IMG/VR virus record: IMGVR_UViG_3300045973_000169
Span: 124,001-188,000 of that record
Strand: one strand, 5' to 3'
Length of the DNA stretch: 64,000 nt
Below, piece after piece: positions 1-6,440 of the stretch. The stretch's first letter is position 1, and every line of letters begins with the position of its first letter. A model generated the notes under the pieces. The model did no database searches, was not told the origin of the DNA, and worked only from the letters and a program-made list of their open reading frames with translations. A program made the translations under genes and the position numbers.

Positions 1-708
1 ATATTAGATGTTGATCCATTTTCAAATGATACTTTATTTAATCTTAATGATAAAAACTATATTCCTTACTGTTCTACTTTTTTATTTGAAACATTATTCA
101 AGTTAAATGTAATTGGATTAAACTACAATTTAAATACAGCAAGTTATGAAGTATTTACTTCTAATAGAAATGATATGCTTAATAATAATGTTTATAATAT
201 TAAAGATGCTATTGAATTTTTATCTATTCAGCAAAAAGGAAAACTCTGGTTCTGTAAACCAGCTGAAAAAGCTAAGATCTTTACTGGTTCAGTTGAAGCT
301 TCTGAAGAATGGGTTGAGTTTTTACAAGATAAAGTTGAATGCAAAAGCTCTGGATCATATAAATTAGAACTAGATACTAAACTAGTCTTAGATACTCCAA
401 AAGTAATTTATTCTGAATACAGATGGTTTATCGTAGATAAAAAGATTATTTCTGGGAGTATGTATAAGAAGAATGGACAGTTGTTTTCTGAAGAAATTCT
501 AGATCGAGATATGACTAAAGAGGCTCAAGAATTTGCAAACAAATGGTTGCCTAATGATAATTGTGTTATGGATTTAGCTTTAACTAAAGAAGGATTAAAA
601 GTAGTAGAATTCAATTGTATAAATAGTTCAGGTTTTTATAAATGCAGTAAGTACAAAGTATTTAAAGCCTTATGGGGATACTTTAGTACTGGAGAAAATA
701 ATGGTTAA
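1..708 (+). CDS. ATP-grasp domain protein (DUF4343/R2K-like), 5' truncated by window edge
   Basis: Frame is open from base 1 (ILDVDPFSND...) into the listed ATG at 175. Motifs WFCKP, EYRWFIVDKKIISGSMY and VMDLALTKEGLKVVEFNCINSSGFY match phage ATP-grasp proteins. Confidence 0.75.
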   Translation: MLDVDPFSNDTLFNLNDKNYIPYCSTFLFETLFKLNVIGLNYNLNTASYEVFTSNRNDMLNNNVYNIKDAIEFLSIQQKGKLWFCKPAEKAKIFTGSVEASEEWVEFLQDKVECKSSGSYKLELDTKLVLDTPKVIYSEYRWFIVDKKIISGSMYKKNGQLFSEEILDRDMTKEAQEFANKWLPNDNCVMDLALTKEGLKVVEFNCINSSGFYKCSKYKVFKALWGYFSTGENNG

Positions 709-2080
709 AAAATTTGTATTAGATACATCGGTTCTATTACATGAACCAAATAGTATTTTTAAATTTGGGAACAATGAAGTTATTCTTCCTATAACAGTTA
801 TCGAAGAACTAGATAACTTTAAAAAAGATCAACGTGAGGTGGGCAGAAATGCCCGCCAGATCGCTCGAATATTAAATAAGCACCTAGATGACGGTAGCAT
901 TAAGAATGGCGTTGTAATCAATGATGAAGGCGGAATTCTTCGTGTTGATATTAGATACTCACTTGAAGCACACAATGTAGATTTACCTTTAGACTATTCA
1001 GTTAATGACAATAGAATTATTAACTGTGCTTATATCAATGATGCTATAATCGTTTCAAGAGATGTTAATTTGAGAATTAAAGCTTCTGCTTATAACATTC
1101 CATCTGAAGATTATAAGAATGATAAGTTAGATGTAGATGATTCATTTACTGGGCATGGAATATTAGATGTGTCACAGGCAATGATTGATCAAATCTATGA
1201 AACTAATTTCTTACCTTTAAATGATCCTAATGTTGAAGTCTATCCTAATAAGTGTTTCTTATTAAGAAGTACAAGTAACAGTAAACAATCTGCTTTAGCT
1301 AGATACTATGCTCCTCTTAAAGAGCTTAGATTACTAGCTCAAGATCAGAAGACTATGGGACTACTGCCTAGAAACAAAGAGCAGCAATATGCATTAGACG
1401 TATTGACAGATCCTGATATTAAATTAGTCACTTTGGTTGGTAAAGCTGGATGTGGTAAGTCCCTTATGGCTTTAGCTGCAGGTCTTGAATGTGTAGCTGG
1501 TCAGAAGCTATATAAGAAACTATTAGTATATCGTCCAATCGTTCCTATGGGAAATGATATCGGTTTCCTTCCAGGAGACATGGATGAGAAACTAGGTCCT
1601 TGGATGCAACCTATCGCTGATAATATTGATTTTATTATGGGAGATATTACACCAGAGGATAAGCCTAAGATTAAGAAACCAAAAGTTAATAAAGCTGATG
1701 GTATCCCTAATCTAGATAAAGGTGAGAAAGCAGCAGGGAAAATCTCTCCTACACAAGAGTTAAAGCAATGGGGTCTATTAGAACTCGGAGCTGGTACATA
1801 TATAAGAGGGAGAAGTATCCCTGGACAATTTATTATCTTAGATGATGCACAGAACTTTTCTATTCATGAGATTAAGACTTTTATTACTCGTGTTGGAGAA
1901 GGAACTAAGATTATTCTAACTGGAGACCCAGCTCAGATTGATGCACCTTATTTAGATGCAACAAACAATGGGCTTACTTATGTAGCTGAAAGAGCTAAAC
2001 ACTATGAGAATGCAGCTCATATTACTTTTAGTAAGAGTGAAAGATCTGAGTTAGCAGAATGGGCAGCTAATAACCTATGA
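701..2080 (+). CDS. phoH: PIN domain + PhoH-family ATPase (PhoH2/YlaK-like)
   Basis: N-terminal PIN motifs (FVLDTSVLL, VIEELD, NDNRI, SRDVNLRIKA); Walker A GKAGCGKS; IGFLPG, YIRGRS, ILDDAQN, TRVGEGTKIILTGDPAQID, RSELA. Confidence 0.93.
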   Translation: MVKKFVLDTSVLLHEPNSIFKFGNNEVILPITVIEELDNFKKDQREVGRNARQIARILNKHLDDGSIKNGVVINDEGGILRVDIRYSLEAHNVDLPLDYSVNDNRIINCAYINDAIIVSRDVNLRIKASAYNIPSEDYKNDKLDVDDSFTGHGILDVSQAMIDQIYETNFLPLNDPNVEVYPNKCFLLRSTSNSKQSALARYYAPLKELRLLAQDQKTMGLLPRNKEQQYALDVLTDPDIKLVTLVGKAGCGKSLMALAAGLECVAGQKLYKKLLVYRPIVPMGNDIGFLPGDMDEKLGPWMQPIADNIDFIMGDITPEDKPKIKKPKVNKADGIPNLDKGEKAAGKISPTQELKQWGLLELGAGTYIRGRSIPGQFIILDDAQNFSIHEIKTFITRVGEGTKIILTGDPAQIDAPYLDATNNGLTYVAERAKHYENAAHITFSKSERSELAEWAANNL

Positions 2081-2289
2081 CAAGAATAGAAGAATTAGAG
2101 AGAGAGGTTGAGCTAATTTCTAAGTTAGTTGAACTATATCAAACACTTAATACTTTAAAACAACCAGTTCAGACATATCAACCTTATATCTATCCATATT
2201 ATCCTACTATAAGTTATAGTGGAGGAGTTTGTAATCCGACTGATGGACCTGTACTTAGCAATAAGATAACTCGAACAGGTGGTTGTTAA
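2077..2289 (+). CDS. Small hypothetical protein
   Basis: 70-aa ORF overlapping the phoH stop (ATGA) and ending just before the terminator. Confidence 0.6.
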   Translation: MTRIEELEREVELISKLVELYQTLNTLKQPVQTYQPYIYPYYPTISYSGGVCNPTDGPVLSNKITRTGGC

Positions 2290-2319
2290 GTAACAAAAGA
2301 ATACTATATTGCAATTGAA

Positions 2320-2343
2320 AAGGGGCTTCAAAAGAGGCCCCTT
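2320..2343. terminator. Probable bidirectional intrinsic terminator between convergent gene blocks
   Basis: Inverted repeat AAGGGGC-TTC-AAAA-GAG-GCCCCTT with A-run on the left and T-rich run on the right, exactly at the strand switch. Confidence 0.75.
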
Positions 2344-2347
2344 ACTT

Positions 2348-2860
2348 TTACTTATTCATTTCTTTTAATAAATCGATTATTCTATTGATGTTATCTTGCA
2401 TGTCGTTTCTTATCTCAATACGAAGATCACGTATCATATTCTCTAACCTATTTGTTATTCCACCTATGTCAACACGATGCTGTTCTGTGAATTTATCATA
2501 TTCAGCTCTTGTCACATAGTTTACAGGCAAAGACCGATTGCACAAATTATGTTCTGCTTCAAACTTATCTACTCTCTCTTTTAACGCTTTTATCTCTACT
2601 TCTTTAGAATCTAATTCAGCCTTAAATGCTTTATCTTCTTGTTCTTCAATTCTTTTAGTTTTATCATCTATAGCTTTTTGATTCTTGTCTAAAAGCATTT
2701 TCCCATAGAAAGCAACTCCAGGTCCCAGCGTAAACATAAGTGCTAGTATCAAACCAGCATGTTCCATTATTCCTGCTGTAAAGTCTACTTGTGATCCTAA
2801 TGCGAAAGCGCTTACTGGTACTGCAACTAATAACAATCCATAAAATAACAATTTAAACAT
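2348..2860 (-). CDS. Membrane protein with C-terminal coiled coil (lysis-cassette associated)
   Basis: N-terminal hydrophobic/signal segment ending AFA, second TM (AGLILALMFTLGPGVAF), long charged helical tail; GGAG RBS. Confidence 0.6.
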   Translation of the reverse strand: MFKLLFYGLLLVAVPVSAFALGSQVDFTAGIMEHAGLILALMFTLGPGVAFYGKMLLDKNQKAIDDKTKRIEEQEDKAFKAELDSKEVEIKALKERVDKFEAEHNLCNRSLPVNYVTRAEYDKFTEQHRVDIGGITNRLENMIRDLRIEIRNDMQDNINRIIDLLKEMNK

Positions 2861-2882
2861 TTGATTCTCCAGTAAGGTATTT

Positions 2883-3296
2883 TTATTTTAATGCAAACAT
2901 ACCACCTAGTATCAAAGTAAGAGCTGATACTACTCCAATAGTCAACCAAGTTAATCTTGATGGGGTGTTTGCTTTCTGCTTAACTAATTCATCACTAGTG
3001 GTCTGATAGAGATTTCTGAATTGGTCTGATTGGCTTTTATAAACAAAGACTTGTGTATTTAAATTTGTTATTAACGTTTTAGCGTTAGTGTCTTTTAGCT
3101 GTAACAAATCTCTTTGTTGAGTAACTACAGGTAGTGCTTTCTTACAATAGTCATACTGAAGTAAGTCACTAGCTGCGTTCCTAGCAGACGATAAGTTACT
3201 GAAGCAAACCTGTTGGTTGGCCTGTAACGGTTGTACTGTAGCCAAGCTTATTAAAAGTATTACTAATAGCTTTAGCATCATCTTTTTTAATCTCAT
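2883..3296 (-). CDS. Secreted coiled-coil protein with C-terminal TM helix, spanin-like position
   Basis: Signal peptide (LKLLVILLISLATVQPLQA), Gln/Leu heptads, C-terminal WLTIGVVSALTLILGGMFA; overlaps the 3' end of the upstream gene in another frame. Confidence 0.55.
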   Translation of the reverse strand: MRLKKMMLKLLVILLISLATVQPLQANQQVCFSNLSSARNAASDLLQYDYCKKALPVVTQQRDLLQLKDTNAKTLITNLNTQVFVYKSQSDQFRNLYQTTSDELVKQKANTPSRLTWLTIGVVSALTLILGGMFALK

Positions 3297-3591
3297 TTAA
3301 TTGCTCCTGAGTAGGAGGTTTAATTCCTGCTTCCTCTTTATATAATGAGGCAAGTTTCTTGTCTATACTTTCCATCTTCTTAACAATAACTAAATTCTGC
3401 TGTTCTGTCTTTTCTAGAAGAGCTTGATTTTTTTGTTGTATACCAGCAATTGTTTGGTCCGCTTTGTATTGCTGTTCTATTTGTGCTCTTACTTTTTTCT
3501 CAGTATCCCATTTAGTATATATAGTAAATGTAGATATTGTAACCAAAGCGATTATTACATACAGAATTATCTTGTGTAATTTATCATTCAT
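3196..3591 (-). CDS. Putative inner-membrane spanin (Rz-like)
   Basis: Single N-terminal TM (IILYVIIALVTISTFTIY) then coiled coil; immediately downstream of the endolysin. Confidence 0.6.
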   Translation of the reverse strand: MNDKLHKIILYVIIALVTISTFTIYTKWDTEKKVRAQIEQQYKADQTIAGIQQKNQALLEKTEQQNLVIVKKMESIDKKLASLYKEEAGIKPPTQEQLNEIKKDDAKAISNTFNKLGYSTTVTGQPTGLLQ

Positions 3592-4211
3592 TCTCTAAAC
3601 CTCACCCATCCCTTTATCGTAAGACTAGGAGTATCAACAAACGGTCTTATCTTACCATTATATACCCCTCCCTTATTCTTACTACTCTTCGTCTGTTCCC
3701 TCTGTTCCCCTGATAAGTTAGACCCAGTTGTATTCCCTTCGATATTCTTAGTTCCACTTAAGTTAACTAATTGCTCTATAGTAAATGCTGTATGTCCATG
3801 AGTAAAATTTAGGTTAGATGAAAATAGTTCTATATCACCTAGTTTCAATTTCTCGGATCCAAGTTTTACTAAACGAGGTTTAATGAATTTATATCTCATA
3901 GGATTTGCAAGAGCCGCTCTATATACTTCTGCAGTAGCTCCTGATTTATATGCTGGATTTTTTATATGAAGTGTCTCTGATGCTTCTTTATACCAAGTAT
4001 AAACTGAAGCTGCACAGTAAGGTGAGTATCTTGGTATCCCTACATTCTTGCAATACTCATCTATTCTAGGATGGTCATTTGAATTAGTTCTCTCTATCAC
4101 AGGAAGAGCTGCATCTCTAGCAGCTACTTTATACGCTTCTTCTTGTAGCGTCCCTGCGAATAGTAGAGTAGGGATTAATAGTATGAGTAAAGCCCTTATA
4201 AGAGAATACAC
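3588..4211 (-). CDS. CHAP-family endolysin with N-terminal signal peptide
   Basis: E-x-T-N-S-N-D start, PYCAA (catalytic Cys), HGHTAF (His), NIEGNT and GWVRF fit the CHAP pattern; MYSLIRALLILLIPTLLFA signal. Confidence 0.75.
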   Translation of the reverse strand: MYSLIRALLILLIPTLLFAGTLQEEAYKVAARDAALPVIERTNSNDHPRIDEYCKNVGIPRYSPYCAASVYTWYKEASETLHIKNPAYKSGATAEVYRAALANPMRYKFIKPRLVKLGSEKLKLGDIELFSSNLNFTHGHTAFTIEQLVNLSGTKNIEGNTTGSNLSGEQREQTKSSKNKGGVYNGKIRPFVDTPSLTIKGWVRFRE

Positions 4212-4516
4212 GCTGCACCACCAGCAATCATTGATGCTAGGATAATGGCTAATGCTATGTTATTTTCTTCTAAGATCTCTTTCATTACATCAAGTTTCTT
4301 TGCTCCAAGATACTTCATCAAGGAAACAGTATACATCATAAATGTTGAAAGCTTTAACCCTCTATTAGACATCTCTTGTAAATTAGCATCGCCATACTTA
4401 TAAGCCAGAAAAGTAAGTCCTGCCGTAATAGCCATTACTACAACTGTTAGAAATCCCTCATCGAAATTATCAATCCCAGTAATAAGCTTTGTAAATATTG
4501 ATTTAATAAAATTCAT
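4196..4516 (-). CDS. Putative holin (3 TM, DUF350-like C-terminus)
   Basis: Three hydrophobic segments; KEILEENNIALAIILAS tail; directly upstream of the endolysin. Confidence 0.55.
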   Translation of the reverse strand: MNFIKSIFTKLITGIDNFDEGFLTVVVMAITAGLTFLAYKYGDANLQEMSNRGLKLSTFMMYTVSLMKYLGAKKLDVMKEILEENNIALAIILASMIAGGAACILL

Positions 4517-4517
4517 A

Positions 4518-4721
4518 TTACTTTCCTTTTCTTGCTTTAGCTACTCTGCGAAATGTTTGAGCTAGTCTTGCTCTACGTTTAGTGGTTTGACTTGCCTTTG
4601 ATCCTTTACTCAAGACCTTCTTTGCAAATCCTCCTACAGTCATTCCTGCTCTCTTCGCTTGTGCAGTAAATGCTCCTGGCTTTTTTACAGCCGTTTGCAT
4701 CCATTTACTTTTAGCTGCCAT
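4518..4721 (-). CDS. Small very basic protein (possible DNA-condensing/virion core protein)
   Basis: 67 aa, Lys/Arg/Ala-rich, no acidic residues; KWMQTAVKKPGAF...KRRARLAQTF. Confidence 0.75.
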   Translation of the reverse strand: MAAKSKWMQTAVKKPGAFTAQAKRAGMTVGGFAKKVLSKGSKASQTTKRRARLAQTFRRVAKARKGK

Positions 4722-4722
4722 A

Positions 4723-4788
4723 TTAGCACTTACCTTTCTTAGGCATTTTTGGTGCTTTTGGTTTTTCTGTCTTAGTTGATTTTGCCAT
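4723..4788 (-). CDS. Unannotated 21-aa Lys/Pro-rich peptide MAKSTKTEKPKAPKMPKKGKC
   Basis: AGGA RBS 8 nt before ATG; stop lies 1 nt before the next ATG; composition like neighbouring basic proteins. Confidence 0.55.
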   Translation of the reverse strand: MAKSTKTEKPKAPKMPKKGKC

Positions 4789-4854
4789 TAACGTATTCCT
4801 CATTCTTTCCTAGATTTAATAGGCCCTTCATCCCCGACCTCCCACCCTCGTAAC

Positions 4855-4965
4855 TTAGATATATTTCTCAGTTACTATCGGACAAAGCATAAACTTTCTT
4901 TTAACACAATTTATATAACAACATTCATCGTTAAAATAATCTTGACATAAATCTAACTCTTCCAT
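4855..4965 (-). CDS. Unannotated 36-aa Cys-rich ORF (MEELDLCQDYFNDECCYINCVKRKFMLCPIVTEKYI)
   Basis: TAGGA RBS 6 nt upstream; five Cys; may continue in the +1 frame to 4800 (see findings). Confidence 0.4.
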   Translation of the reverse strand: MEELDLCQDYFNDECCYINCVKRKFMLCPIVTEKYI

Positions 4966-4973
4966 TGTAATTC

Positions 4974-5042
4974 CTATTGTGGGTATATTAACCCTGGATT
5001 TTGAGGTCTGCTATCAAAAGGATTGAAGGCTTGTTTTGGCAT
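4974..5042 (-). CDS. Possible 22-aa ORF MPKQAFNPFDSRPQNPGLIYPQ
   Basis: Fills the gap between the HNH gene and the next ORF; no clear RBS. Confidence 0.3.
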   Translation of the reverse strand: MPKQAFNPFDSRPQNPGLIYPQ

Positions 5043-5052
5043 AGTTGAACTG

Positions 5053-5454
5053 TCAAGTTGGTCTTTTACTGATCCTTTTTTTCTTGGTTTTGGCATCCCT
5101 TTTTTGTTTACTAACTTTACTTTCTTTCCCGCTGGTTTTTTTGGCATTAGGATTATTCTCCAAGTGCCACGAAAGGAATAGCATTAATTCCTTAGTGGTC
5201 ACGCTAGTTGGTTTCTTGAATACAAATCTTATATAATTAGAATGGAGTAGAGCATGACAATATAAACAAACAACTAATGCATTCTTATCATCAAACATTA
5301 AATCAGGATATTCACTCTTAGGCTTAACATGATGGCAGTGCATAAATCTTTTGTCTAAACTATACCCACATTTTTTGCAGGTATAGTTCGATTTCTCTTT
5401 ATTGCGTCGGCTCCATTCATACAATAGAGTCCTTAAATCTTTTATTTTTTTCAT
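5053..5454 (-). CDS. HNH endonuclease
   Basis: CKKCG...HCHHVKP...NALVVCLYCHALLH zinc-binding HNH pattern; basic C-terminal tail. Confidence 0.85.
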   Translation of the reverse strand: MKKIKDLRTLLYEWSRRNKEKSNYTCKKCGYSLDKRFMHCHHVKPKSEYPDLMFDDKNALVVCLYCHALLHSNYIRFVFKKPTSVTTKELMLFLSWHLENNPNAKKTSGKESKVSKQKRDAKTKKKRISKRPT

Positions 5455-6188
5455 ATTATCTCTTGTTTTAATATATTATTGATTCTATTAATATCAGAAT
5501 GTTTTATTCTTAATAGTCTTATATTATTACTAGAGCAATATTGTGTTTTTATATTATCTCTTTGTTGTATTATTTCAAAATTTTTTAATTTAGTTTCATC
5601 TGACTTATCTGAACTAAAAGAATATGGCACAGAGTGCTGTTTCCCATCAAACTCAATACAAATATTTAAATCTGGAATATAGAAATCAAATAAAAGTCTT
5701 TTATTTTTATTGCTTAAACATCCATTAAAATATTTTTGCTCTTCAAACTTTATAGATTTTTCTAACAGCCATTCTCTAATTATTTTTTCACCAATTGATG
5801 TCTTACATTTAGGACATCCACATTTATCAAGATGTGTATTTGGAGTTTGTTCAAATTCTCCATGCTTATTACAAATTATAATTACTTTAATTGAATTTCT
5901 CTTATATTCGACCTTACTATAATTATACTTATTGCCATGGATATTTTTAGCTTTTTCTATAAATCTTTCTGTTGTCAATTTTTGATTATCGAATTTGCAT
6001 AATTTACAACCATAACCGTTAAGATGATCTATGGCTCTTTGATTAAACTCTTTGTGAATTTTGCATATTATTGTAAGCTTTGTCTTTGCATTGATATAAA
6101 CAGTTTTAGAATAATCATATTTAAAATTATGTATTTTATTTGCTCTTTTTATAAATTCATCTAAAGTCAATTTTTGTTTTGTTATCAT
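5451..6188 (-). CDS. Putative homing endonuclease (DUF723-type Zn repeats + Vsr/DUF559-like nuclease)
   Basis: Two F-I-x-x-A-x-x-I-H-x-x-K-Y-x-Y-S-K...C-x-x-H...GCxxC repeats, then FDFYIPDLNICIEFDGKQH. Start placed at the second ATG (6188), which has a GGAG RBS; the ORF track starts at 6203. Confidence 0.8.
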   Translation of the reverse strand: MITKQKLTLDEFIKRANKIHNFKYDYSKTVYINAKTKLTIICKIHKEFNQRAIDHLNGYGCKLCKFDNQKLTTERFIEKAKNIHGNKYNYSKVEYKRNSIKVIIICNKHGEFEQTPNTHLDKCGCPKCKTSIGEKIIREWLLEKSIKFEEQKYFNGCLSNKNKRLLFDFYIPDLNICIEFDGKQHSVPYSFSSDKSDETKLKNFEIIQQRDNIKTQYCSSNNIRLLRIKHSDINRINNILKQEII

Positions 6189-6190
6189 AT

Positions 6191-6223
6191 TTAGGAACTC
6201 CATTTATCCTAAGTGTTAATAAC
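6191..6223 (-). promoter_or_regulatory. GTTATTAACA motif plus hairpin around the RBS of the endonuclease gene
   Basis: Minus strand: GTTATTAACA-C-TTAGGA-taaatGGAGt-TCCTAA-at-ATG. Confidence 0.5.
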
Positions 6224-6385
6224 TCAACGTCCTTTGCGTTCTCGTACTGCATTTTTAGAGTTCTTCCTTGTGTTTCTAGACTTGCCTATAGCAGTTACTT
6301 TAGTCCCTGATTGAGTCTTACCTTTCTTTTCTGTATCGCCTTTTTTAGCTTTTACATTGCTTGCTTTAACTGGGGCCTTAGCCAT
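6224..6385 (-). CDS. Unannotated 53-aa basic protein (MAKAPVKASNVKAKKGDTEKKGK...RERKGR)
   Basis: GAGGT RBS; open frame read manually; strongly Lys/Arg-rich; preceded by the GTTAATAACA motif. Confidence 0.7.
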   Translation of the reverse strand: MAKAPVKASNVKAKKGDTEKKGKTQSGTKVTAIGKSRNTRKNSKNAVRERKGR

Positions 6386-6422
6386 AATATACCTCTGGTA
6401 AATATTTTAATATTACGTTTAT

Positions 6423-6432
6423 TGTTATTAAC
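6423..6432 (-). promoter_or_regulatory. Candidate late promoter/operator motif GTTAATAACA
   Basis: The same 10-mer recurs in other intergenic gaps (34408, 62277). Confidence 0.45.
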
Positions 6433-6440
6433 TACTATTA

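Noticed and set aside
146-367. 73-aa + strand ORF
   Set aside because: Out-of-frame overlap wholly inside the ATP-grasp gene.
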